Shown here one piece after another: positions 47,784 through 56,163 of a stretch of DNA of 58,990 nt (its first letter is position 1; each line of letters begins with the position of its first letter). The notes under the pieces were generated by a model, which was given only the letters and a program-made list of their open reading frames with translations, searched no databases and was not told the origin of the DNA. The stretch lies in assembly GCA_009692825.1 (NCBI GenBank), contig SHYL01000002.1, forward strand, positions 1 to 58,990, read 5' to 3'. Origin of the DNA: Dehalococcoidia bacterium (GTDB taxonomy: Bacteria > Chloroflexota > Dehalococcoidia > SHYB01 > SHYL01). A program made the translations under genes and the position numbers.

Positions 47784-49625
47784 TTAACCCAGACGGTAAG
47801 GCATGATTCGAATAGCCCTGTTATCGAGCACAATCAGCACACTTTCGCCGGGAGTCTTTGCGATACGTTCGGCTAATACTGCGAAGTCGGGCTGGAGGGA
47901 TGTTGTAGAGACTTCCGCTTCTAATGCCAGCCAGAAAATAACTGGCTGCCCGATGATTCCTTCTAGACGACGCGCGAACTCACGTCCCTCAGGCCCACCT
48001 AGAACAATGATACGTTTGCGAAGAACTAGTGAAGCTGGAGTCGGTTGAGCTGCGTCATATACCTTTTGAATACGGCTGCCTCCGCGCAAGAGGAGCCCAA
48101 AGTAGACGCTGATCAATCCAGCCGTAAATAATGCGGCAATGAACCACTTTGTCTCCTGGAAAGTTTCTACATTAAGGTTCCCTCCCATGAGGTCTCGCAG
48201 GAACACAAATAGAAGCCCACTCAAGTCGACGAGAGCAATTAAAGCGGCAATACAGAACACACCGTAGATAAATACCCTGCGCGAAAGTCTCTCACGCTCT
48301 TCCTCAGGGTGTTCGCCGACTGCATGCTGTAGACGTGACCAGAACATTCCCCACAAGAGTCCGCCGACTACCACTAATGAAATCCCTAGAGCTAAAGGCG
48401 ACTTCCACCAACTGTCAGAATTAACTACATTCGCACCTTCCGGAAGGATCACTCCCAGTGCCACACCCGTAACTGTAACGAGTCCGCCAGCAAGAATCCC
48501 AAGTCCAACGCCTGCCGCCAGGTATTCGTAGGCCCGGCGTGCGCTGAAATACCAACCTCTGCGCTCAGAGGCCTCTGCATGAATAACAGCCGCATGATAG
48601 CCCCACAACGCGCCGCCAACGACGAGGCCGGCAATCACTCCAGGGATGACTCTGAAGTGCCCAAGTGCTGCCTCTCCATCAGGCGCCCCGAATACCCATT
48701 CAATTACTCTAAATACAAGAAATATAAGAGCAGTGCTGACAGTGATTGTTCCACCCAAAACGGTGACAATGTTCAAATAAACTTGCCTGAGTCCCGGCTC
48801 CCGGTCTGACTTTGCAAATACAAACCAGTGAAGTATCCACCATGTGCAGCTTACTATGGCGAAAGCAAACCCCTCACGTACCTGGCGCGGCCAGAAGTCC
48901 ATGCCGCCGATCCCAACTAAAGTCGACTCGAAAGTCGAATCGTGAGCATCTATGAGGTAGCGGAAAAGAACCAACCCTATGCCTGTCGAAAACATCCCCA
49001 GGCTGTAAATAGACGTGGAGTAAACGTAGAGCGGGCGCACAAAAAGCGCGAGGCCGCGCCCTGGTGGATCGACGGATTGTACCTTCCAATGCAAGACCCA
49101 GATGCCAATCATTACCACGGGCAAAGCCAGGCTAAATGCTGAGAAATCCCTGGTGTTCATCGTCCATCGCAAAACAAGCACAAGGGATACTGCCGCTATT
49201 AAAGCGGTCACTCCCATTACGAAGTAGAAATAAAATTTACGCCCAAACGAACGGGCTTCTACAGGCTGTTCACGGACTACGCGCTGCAGCTGCATCCATA
49301 TGAAACCCCAGATCGGAGCTCCTACCACCGTGAGCGAGAGCCCAAGAGCTAGCCGTCCGCGATCATTCGACACAATCACATCGTCACCAAAAATAGCATC
49401 CAGGATAACTGCGAGGAGCACTGTTAGGCCGGATGCGGCTACGGATAACGCAACCAGCGCCAGGCCGTAATAGAAAAATCTTCTAAGGGAACCTATTCCC
49501 TCATCAGGTTCGTCATCTTCGGCTGAGCGGTGGCGGGCAGCCGATATTATGATCACGGCAATGAGCACGATGACCGCAACTGGAAAAAGGAAGCCCAGAA
49601 CACTAAATAAGTTTCCAAAACTCAT
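47784..49625 (-). CDS. Integral membrane protein built from about six repeated two-helix modules, plus a roughly 90-aa C-terminal soluble domain
   Basis: 613 aa. Module starts recur as RRFFYYG, GRKFYFYF, RRAYEYL and RRVFIYG. Trp-rich module ends recur as IWGFIWMQLQR, IWVLHWKVQS, WWILHWFVFAKS and LLWGMFWSRLQH. Confidence 0.75.
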   Translation of the reverse strand: MSFGNLFSVLGFLFPVAVIVLIAVIIISAARHRSAEDDEPDEGIGSLRRFFYYGLALVALSVAASGLTVLLAVILDAIFGDDVIVSNDRGRLALGLSLTVVGAPIWGFIWMQLQRVVREQPVEARSFGRKFYFYFVMGVTALIAAVSLVLVLRWTMNTRDFSAFSLALPVVMIGIWVLHWKVQSVDPPGRGLALFVRPLYVYSTSIYSLGMFSTGIGLVLFRYLIDAHDSTFESTLVGIGGMDFWPRQVREGFAFAIVSCTWWILHWFVFAKSDREPGLRQVYLNIVTVLGGTITVSTALIFLVFRVIEWVFGAPDGEAALGHFRVIPGVIAGLVVGGALWGYHAAVIHAEASERRGWYFSARRAYEYLAAGVGLGILAGGLVTVTGVALGVILPEGANVVNSDSWWKSPLALGISLVVVGGLLWGMFWSRLQHAVGEHPEEERERLSRRVFIYGVFCIAALIALVDLSGLLFVFLRDLMGGNLNVETFQETKWFIAALFTAGLISVYFGLLLRGGSRIQKVYDAAQPTPASLVLRKRIIVLGGPEGREFARRLEGIIGQPVIFWLALEAEVSTTSLQPDFAVLAERIAKTPGESVLIVLDNRAIRIMPYRLG

Positions 49626-49637
49626 TCGGAAATCTCC

Positions 49638-50162
49638 TTATGGTAGCGCGGGCTTTGGCTTCGGAAAGCGGGTAGGCTCCAGCCCAGGGCAATAACTCAT
49701 CGGCCACGGCGGTTCAGAAAACATCCATTTAGAATCGGTCTGCTTTAGCAGAAACCTCTGCTCGTAAGAGGACTCGACAGGAGTGAAAGGAATGCCTCCG
49801 CTTATATAGATGTGGCGAATCCTGACGGTCACTTCCTGTGCATCATCTGCGGTTTTAGTGCCAGCAAGGCTGATCCGCCTATCTTGATCTTTAAGCCATG
49901 CAGTACTGTCCCTAAAGTACTGATAAGAACACGCATCTTTGAGACGCCGGCTCAGGTAGTTATAGGCGTCCTCAGGATGATCGCTATCAAGGGCTATCAG
50001 GTATCTCTGAACGACCCCATTTGGTGTGGATTCAGGCTTGAGTTCAGCTATACCGCCCTTGGCCATTAACCCGACTGCCATGCTAATACCGACAAGGATA
50101 ACGACAGCCAGAGCGGCACCCATTAGCCAATATGTTGAAGTGTTGCGTCTTTTGAGAGTCAA
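49638..50162 (-). CDS. Membrane-anchored hypothetical protein (possible NTF2-like ectodomain)
   Basis: 174 aa with one N-terminal TM helix. VVQRYLIALDSDHPEDAYNYLS resembles SnoaL/DUF4878-type starts. Its stop lies 12 nt before the next gene, and that gap contains GGAG. Confidence 0.6.
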   Translation of the reverse strand: MTLKRRNTSTYWLMGAALAVVILVGISMAVGLMAKGGIAELKPESTPNGVVQRYLIALDSDHPEDAYNYLSRRLKDACSYQYFRDSTAWLKDQDRRISLAGTKTADDAQEVTVRIRHIYISGGIPFTPVESSYEQRFLLKQTDSKWMFSEPPWPMSYCPGLEPTRFPKPKPALP

Positions 50163-50308
50163 GGTAGACCTCCGAAAGCTATTTTCAGGATAGCATAGAA
50201 GCCTGCGTGAAAAGCTTAAATGTAAGTGGTGTTCAAATTTCCCACGAGGCAGATTGGAGTCACTGATAAGTAAAACGCATTCAAGCTACAAACTGTCAGA
50301 GGTTAAAG

Positions 50309-51277
50309 CTATTTGCGCCGTTCCAGGATGTATTCCGCGATCCCTTTCAGGGAGCGTTTTGCGGGACTATCTGGGAAAGGTGTCAAGGAATCGATGGCCT
50401 TCTTTTGAAAATCTCTTGCCACATCGTAGCTAGCCTGTATGGCTTGAGTGGACCTGATGTATTCCACTGCTTTTTTCAAGCTGGCCTCATCTTTGGCATC
50501 CATCAGCGTTTTCAGGGTTGATTGACTATCGTATCGCTCGAGTGCAATCATAGCCGGTAGAGTGAATGTCCCCTTGATCAGGTCCCCGCCGACCGGCTTG
50601 CCTACTTCAGTAGGGTCGCCTTCAAAATCGATTATATCGTCCACGATTTGAAAAGCCATGCCAATGTTATACCCGTACTCTTTCATTGCCTGAACAGTAG
50701 TTCCGGGTGCCCCGGAAAGCAGTGCGCCGGATTCCGCGGCTGTACAAAACAATGAGCCTGTCTTATCAAATATTCTGGAGAAGTATTTCTCCCTGGGTTG
50801 TTCCCAGTCGTTCGCCTCCCAGATCTCCCGGAGCTCCCCAGTGGCCAGCGCCATGATCGTCTCTGCAAACAGACGTATCACTCGCACGTTGTTTGTGTCG
50901 CAGACTACTGTTGCGGATTTGGCGAAAACATAGTCGCCTACCAGCATCGCGACATCCTGGCCAAAAAGGCTGGAGATTGTAGCCTGTCCGCGTCTCGTAT
51001 CTGACTTATCCACAGTATCGTCGTGGATCAACGTAGCGATATGTAGCAACTCCACGGCACTCGCCATCAATATAGGGAGGTTTTCATCATGCTTACCGGC
51101 AAATTTAGATGCCAGCAAGGTGATGGCAGGCCTGACCCGCTTCCCGGTGCTGTGCAAAATATGGTCCAGGCAGCTTTCAAGCGAAAGGTTAGACCCCTCG
51201 GCAGCTTTTCTAAGCTGCTCCTCGAACTTCGCCAGCCCCTCCTGGATAGGAGCGTAAATTTCAGATGTGGTAATCAA
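50309..51277 (-). CDS. Polyprenyl diphosphate synthase (long-chain trans-prenyltransferase)
   Basis: First Asp-rich motif LIHDDTVD and second Asp-rich motif VDDIIDF. Confidence 0.9.
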   Translation of the reverse strand: MITTSEIYAPIQEGLAKFEEQLRKAAEGSNLSLESCLDHILHSTGKRVRPAITLLASKFAGKHDENLPILMASAVELLHIATLIHDDTVDKSDTRRGQATISSLFGQDVAMLVGDYVFAKSATVVCDTNNVRVIRLFAETIMALATGELREIWEANDWEQPREKYFSRIFDKTGSLFCTAAESGALLSGAPGTTVQAMKEYGYNIGMAFQIVDDIIDFEGDPTEVGKPVGGDLIKGTFTLPAMIALERYDSQSTLKTLMDAKDEASLKKAVEYIRSTQAIQASYDVARDFQKKAIDSLTPFPDSPAKRSLKGIAEYILERRK

Positions 51278-51345
51278 TATTCTCCGATGCTCAAAGACTT
51301 AGCTTAAATATTATCTCATATCTAAATCGCAGAAAGCGTCTGCTA

Positions 51346-53016
51346 TTACGGATGCTTACCCAGCTTACTGATTTCCTTTTGGATAACCTCTTCCTCCATC
51401 TTGGTAAACAGGGGCTCCGGAAAGTTGAACTTGGTTCCGGGCTTAGGCTTCTGCCAAACCCATCCAGCCTTCTCGATGGCATCCTCATTGCCCAGCATCG
51501 CATGGAGTTTCGCAGAGCTGAACGGCAGGAAGGGATAGAAGGCTGTCTTGAGACCAGAAATAAGCGCCATGGACGTCCACAGAGTCCGAGCAGTTTCCTG
51601 CCTGTCGGTCTTTATAGTTTTCCAGGGTGCCTTTCCGTCTATATACCGGTTGGCTTCTTTAGCGAGTGCCATCGCGGACTTTAATCCCGACTTGAAATGG
51701 CATCCCCTTATTGCCTCTGCAACCTCTGCAAGCATGGCTTCGCACTTCTGCAGCACCTGCTTGGCTTCATCGTCAAGCTCACCAGGGTCAGGCACGGAGC
51801 CATCAAAATTACGATGCATAAAAGTCAGTGTGCGGTGCACCAGGTTACCGTATGTGGCCACGAGCTCAGTGTTGTTGGCACGCATGAAGTCCAACCATGA
51901 GAAGTCGATATCGCTGGACTCAGGCATATTCAACGATAGATAGTATCTCAGTGGGTCGGGGGCAAAATTGGAAAGATACTCAGGCATCCATACCGCCCAG
52001 TTGCGGCTTGTGGAAAGCTTCTGCCCCTCAAGAGTCAGGAACTGGTTCGCGGGTACGTCGTAGGGCAGGTTAAGGCCCCCTACACCCATCAGGATCGCCG
52101 GCCATACGATTGTATGGAACGGGATATTATCCTTACCCATAAAGTAATAGCTTTTAGCGCTGAGATCCTGCCAGAAGTCTTTCCATTTATCAGGCGTCTT
52201 CTGCAAGGCAGCCCACTCTTTGCTGGCAGAAAGGTAGCCGCAAACAGCTTCGAACCATACGTACATGCGCTTGCTATCGTAACCGGCCAGCGGAATCTTT
52301 ATTCCCCACTCTATGTCTCGTGTGATAGCCCTATCGTGCAGGCCGCCCTTTAGATAATTCACTGTGAAGTTATGCACGTCAGGCCTCAGATGGTCTTTTG
52401 ACTGTATCCAGCTCAGAAGTTTCTCTTCAAATGCACTGAGTTTTAAAAAGAAGTGCTCACTGTCTTTTATTTCAGGCGTATCCCCTGAAATCCTGCACTT
52501 GATCCCAATCAGCTGGGCGGGGTCCAGCGGCTTGCCGCAATTGTCACATTGGTCGCCGCGTGCGCCCTGAAAACCGCAGAACGGACATTTTCCCTCGACA
52601 TACCTGTCAGGCAGAAAACGGTGGCACGTTTCGCAGTATGGCTGTGGCATGGAGGCTTTGTATATGGTGCCGTCTGCAACAAACTTCTTGAAGAATTCGT
52701 GTACTACAGCCTCATGGTTAAGTGTCCCGGTGTTGGTGAAGAGATCGAAAGTGATTCCTAGTTTTTCCCATGTCTCCAAGAATTCCTTGTGGTACTGATC
52801 TACGATTACCCGCGGGCTGACCTTCCTGCTCTCCGCCAGTAGTGTGATCGGTGTGCCGTGCTGGTCGCTGCCGCTCACCATGAGTACTTCGTCCCCTACG
52901 ATCCGGTGATAACGGGCAAAAATGTCAGCGGGTAAATATGAACCGGCTACATGCCCAAGATGAAGTGAGCCGTTTGCATATGGCCACGCAACGCCTATAA
53001 AGATTCGTTCAGGCAT
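51346..53016 (-). CDS. metG: Methionine--tRNA ligase
   Basis: HLGH (HIGH-type) and KLSTSR (KMSKS-type) motifs. Zinc knuckles CETC..CPFC..CDNC. Confidence 0.95.
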   Translation of the reverse strand: MPERIFIGVAWPYANGSLHLGHVAGSYLPADIFARYHRIVGDEVLMVSGSDQHGTPITLLAESRKVSPRVIVDQYHKEFLETWEKLGITFDLFTNTGTLNHEAVVHEFFKKFVADGTIYKASMPQPYCETCHRFLPDRYVEGKCPFCGFQGARGDQCDNCGKPLDPAQLIGIKCRISGDTPEIKDSEHFFLKLSAFEEKLLSWIQSKDHLRPDVHNFTVNYLKGGLHDRAITRDIEWGIKIPLAGYDSKRMYVWFEAVCGYLSASKEWAALQKTPDKWKDFWQDLSAKSYYFMGKDNIPFHTIVWPAILMGVGGLNLPYDVPANQFLTLEGQKLSTSRNWAVWMPEYLSNFAPDPLRYYLSLNMPESSDIDFSWLDFMRANNTELVATYGNLVHRTLTFMHRNFDGSVPDPGELDDEAKQVLQKCEAMLAEVAEAIRGCHFKSGLKSAMALAKEANRYIDGKAPWKTIKTDRQETARTLWTSMALISGLKTAFYPFLPFSSAKLHAMLGNEDAIEKAGWVWQKPKPGTKFNFPEPLFTKMEEEVIQKEISKLGKHP

Positions 53017-53025
53017 AAATGTGCC

Positions 53026-53481
53026 TCATAACTTTTTCCTCCAGCACTGCTCGCTGATATCCTTTTTATCGAGGTCAGGGTCGCGTACAAATTCGTTTCT
53101 TCTATAAAAACCTATCGCTGGAAGATTATCTTTACGTACGAACGCCGCGTGTTTAGCAGCCTTTTTGGTCCTCAGGAAGTGTTCGCCAAGCTAAATAAGT
53201 TTTGTCCCTATACCGGTGCCCATATAGTCCGACAGAAGATATATCCTGAGCAGCTCCCAGCCGTGGCTCTTCGTTTTCGGCCACATAGAAAAGGCCTTTC
53301 CTATATCGCTGTCGCTCAATATGGAACGCAGCGTCTCGGAGGAGTAGTTTGCTTCTACCCACTCCTTGTTATACGAATCATCAAATATATTGCGGTAGGG
53401 ATGCTTCCACGACTCTGAAGCCACCTCTCTTATCGACTGGAGGTCTTCTTTCTGTAAGCGTCTGTATTTCATCTCGCTCAA
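53026..53481 (-). pseudogene. GNAT-family N-acetyltransferase interrupted by a single in-frame TAG
   Basis: ...YMGTGIGTKLI-TAG-LGEHFLRTKKAAKHAAFVRKDNLPAIGFYRRNEF...* reads in one frame. The TAG is the complement of 53191-53193, and the terminal TGA is at 53026-53028. GNAT motif A sits on both sides of the stop. Confidence 0.65.
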
Positions 53482-53495
53482 ATAAGGCCTCCCAT

Positions 53496-54002
53496 CTAAA
53501 ACCCCTGCTCCTTGTACTTCTTAGCAAGCTGAACATACTCCCTTCCCGTGGTCTCAAGTCCTTTTCGCTGTTCTTGAGTAACCTGAGACTTCACCTGGGC
53601 TGGAACGCCCACCACAAACGAACCTTCAGGGACTTTCATACGACCACTTACTAGCGCATTGGCACCTACAATACTCCAACTGCCTATCTCCGCGTCCTGC
53701 AAAAGCGTGGCGTTTATCCCTATGAGGCAATGGCTCCCCACACTCTTACAGTGCACAACAGCCCCGTGGCCGATATCAACATTGTCGCCTATGACCAGAG
53801 GGGTATCGGCATGTATGGAGACTGTATCCTGCACGCTAACATTTTTCCCAATCACTATGGGAGCTTTGTCCGCCCGAATGACCGCTCCGGGCCATACGCT
53901 AGAGCCTTCGCCGATCTCAACATCGCCTGATACAAGCGCCGTCTGGGCTATGAAAACTGAAGGGTGTATTTTCGGCGTTTTGCCCTCAAAAGGCTTTATC
54001 AT
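53496..54002 (-). CDS. Gamma-carbonic-anhydrase-like / hexapeptide-repeat family protein
   Basis: Left-handed beta-helix repeats, with the typical VFIAQTALVSGDVEIGEGSSVWPGAVIRAD sequence. Confidence 0.85.
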   Translation of the reverse strand: MIKPFEGKTPKIHPSVFIAQTALVSGDVEIGEGSSVWPGAVIRADKAPIVIGKNVSVQDTVSIHADTPLVIGDNVDIGHGAVVHCKSVGSHCLIGINATLLQDAEIGSWSIVGANALVSGRMKVPEGSFVVGVPAQVKSQVTQEQRKGLETTGREYVQLAKKYKEQGF

Positions 54003-54130
54003 TTTGTATCTCTGTATAGCTGAATTATACAGTTAGTTCATTCGGTAGCAGCCGCAATCAGCTAAACCTGTCCAGTTCATATAATGTCTGCTAAACCCAC
54101 GCGATAAAGAGTCAGAACGGAAAGACATCA

Positions 54131-54949
54131 ATGTCAACGGTTCCACTACCGCTTTCGAGAATGAATAAGACGGCCATGGAAGTGGCAACAACCGCAGCCT
54201 TGAAAGCTGGGCAAGTCCTCACAGAAAAATTCTCTATCGTCAAGACATTTCAAAGCAAAGGACGAGGGAACGTTGTCTCAGAGGCTGATTTTGCTGCTGA
54301 CAAAGTCCTTAAGCAATTGTTCATTGACCAGTATCCTGATTTTGGAATACTCTCGGAAGAATCTGAAGCGGTCAAAGGGACGACAGAATACCAATGGATC
54401 ATTGACCCTCTCGACGGCTCCCGAAATTATGTGAGCGGTGTCCCGCATTTCGCCGTAAATATTGCCCTCGTGAGAGGAAAAGAGATTCTCCTCGGTCTGA
54501 CATACGACCCCTCGCGAAAAGAGATTTTTACTTCTGTTAAAGGCAACGGCACATACCTGAATGGGAAGCAAGTCTGGGTTGGCAAAGCTGCCAGCCTTAG
54601 GGACAGCGTCGTCGGACTGGACATGGGTTACAACGACGCCCGCGGCAAGGAAGCCCTGCGCCTGCTTATAGACCTGTGGCCAGGCATGCAGAGCATACGC
54701 ATCATGGGCTCAGCCGCTCTCGGCATGGCATACGTAGCGTCCGGGCGCCTCGACGTATATTTCCACCACAACCTGTATCCATGGGATGTCGCGCCGGGGA
54801 TATTGATGATTCAGGAAGCCGGCGGCGTCATAACCGACCGCAATGGCAATCCGATGACCTTCGAGATAGGTAACTTAATCTCTGCTAATAAGGCTGTTCA
54901 CAATGACTTCCTCTGCCTTACAGAGGGGTCTGGCTGGAGAAAAGCCTAA
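54131..54949 (+). CDS. Inositol monophosphatase family protein
   Basis: WIIDPLDGSRNY and WDVAPG motifs. Confidence 0.85.
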   Translation: MSTVPLPLSRMNKTAMEVATTAALKAGQVLTEKFSIVKTFQSKGRGNVVSEADFAADKVLKQLFIDQYPDFGILSEESEAVKGTTEYQWIIDPLDGSRNYVSGVPHFAVNIALVRGKEILLGLTYDPSRKEIFTSVKGNGTYLNGKQVWVGKAASLRDSVVGLDMGYNDARGKEALRLLIDLWPGMQSIRIMGSAALGMAYVASGRLDVYFHHNLYPWDVAPGILMIQEAGGVITDRNGNPMTFEIGNLISANKAVHNDFLCLTEGSGWRKA

Positions 54950-55488
54950 AAGAACTCGCCTTTTAACCACTTATCAGATGCCGGAATAAACTTCTGCCAT
55001 TCCTGTTTCGACCTGAGGTGGTGATAGAAAATGTGGTACGGATTTAATGGCGGGGCTGCAGGTATCTGGTGGAGTTTCATTCCAGCTTCAGAAGGTGTCC
55101 TTGCCGCCTTCCTGTGATTGCAGGATATACAGGCGCTTACGATATTATCCCAAGTGTGTTTACCGCCCTTAAACCGGGGCATAACATGGTCTAGTGTAAG
55201 ATCACGCGTTTGCCTGCCGCAGTACTGACATGTATATCTGTCCCTCTCAAAAACTTCCCGGCGCGTCAACTTTCTCCGCATTATGGGCTTCTTCACCATG
55301 TAAAAAAGCCTGATAACTGACGGGAGGTCTATGACTGTTGAAGTGGTGGAAATATGCCCTCGCCCATTCTCAACAAGCTCGGCCTTACCGTTGAACAGAA
55401 GGATGATAGCCCTTCGCGCCTGGCAGATATTGAGCGGCTCATAGTTCTGGTTTAGTACCAGGACGTCGTAATTAAGCTGGGACGACAT
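54946..55488 (-). CDS. HNH endonuclease (stand-alone, conserved-type)
   Basis: CQYCG...LTLDHVMPRFKGGKHTWDNIVSACISCNHRK. Confidence 0.8.
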   Translation of the reverse strand: MSSQLNYDVLVLNQNYEPLNICQARRAIILLFNGKAELVENGRGHISTTSTVIDLPSVIRLFYMVKKPIMRRKLTRREVFERDRYTCQYCGRQTRDLTLDHVMPRFKGGKHTWDNIVSACISCNHRKAARTPSEAGMKLHQIPAAPPLNPYHIFYHHLRSKQEWQKFIPASDKWLKGEFF

Positions 55489-55544
55489 AAGAGTAATTCT
55501 AATACAGCTATATCGACAGAATCAACAAGCACGCTCGGGCTTGA

Positions 55545-56048
55545 TTACCTTCTTTGGTTTCGAAGGTCGTTAAGCTTCTGATATTCGGAAGGTAGAAGAC
55601 CCCCTATAACAATCGTTCTATCTGCGAGGAATTGGGCTGTTTGTGAGTCCTGGACGTCCTGCTTAAATTTCCCGCCTGAGAAATTCCCAAGCAGAGAAGC
55701 AATCGCTCCAAACAAAAATGCCGCTACGATTAAACCAAGTATTGCGCCGCCGGCATGGTCAATCCAGCCTACAAAAAGTAGATGAAATAACGTCTTAATC
55801 ATCATTCCGATGATTTCAAAGGCGATCAATACGGCAAGAAAAATGGCCGCGAATGCAGCAACCCTGTCGCCATTAGCGCCCGGCATAAAAGAAAAAACTC
55901 CAGCCAAGTCGCTGTCAAAGCGGCTTGCTATTGCAGTGGCAACAACCGTTCCAAACAATGTCGCGATGATTGCCACTATCCCTGATCTGAGCCCTATGGC
56001 TATGCCAGCCAGGAGTGCGAGAACCGCTGCTACGTCAACCCAATTCAT
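55545..56048 (-). CDS. CvpA-family membrane protein
   Basis: MNWVDVAAVLALLAGIAIGLRSG start, 4 TM helices, and CvpA-like organisation. Confidence 0.8.
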   Translation of the reverse strand: MNWVDVAAVLALLAGIAIGLRSGIVAIIATLFGTVVATAIASRFDSDLAGVFSFMPGANGDRVAAFAAIFLAVLIAFEIIGMMIKTLFHLLFVGWIDHAGGAILGLIVAAFLFGAIASLLGNFSGGKFKQDVQDSQTAQFLADRTIVIGGLLPSEYQKLNDLRNQRR

Positions 56049-56163
56049 GTCACGATTTTAACATAGAATCCTATAATTAGTTCATAACTGATATAAAAAT
56101 TAGTTGACATTATCAACTACTATAATTAGCCTATCAGTAGAAGAAGACGGATTGGGGTAAATC

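Noticed and set aside
53191-53193. Possibility that the in-frame TAG in the GNAT gene reflects pyrrolysine or TAG reassignment
   Set aside because: TAG functions as a normal terminator for leuD (14909-14911), trpG and the MFS gene in the same window. No pyl genes are seen here. The other apparent in-frame TAG (protease remnant, about 17275) is explained by a frameshift.
56050-56163. Duplicated CTATAATTAG / AATTAGTT motifs and TTGACA in the cvpA / lipoprotein divergent region
   Set aside because: TTGACA and TATAAT are only 11 nt apart, so they do not form a standard promoter. The short AT-rich repeats are within chance expectation for an AT-rich spacer.
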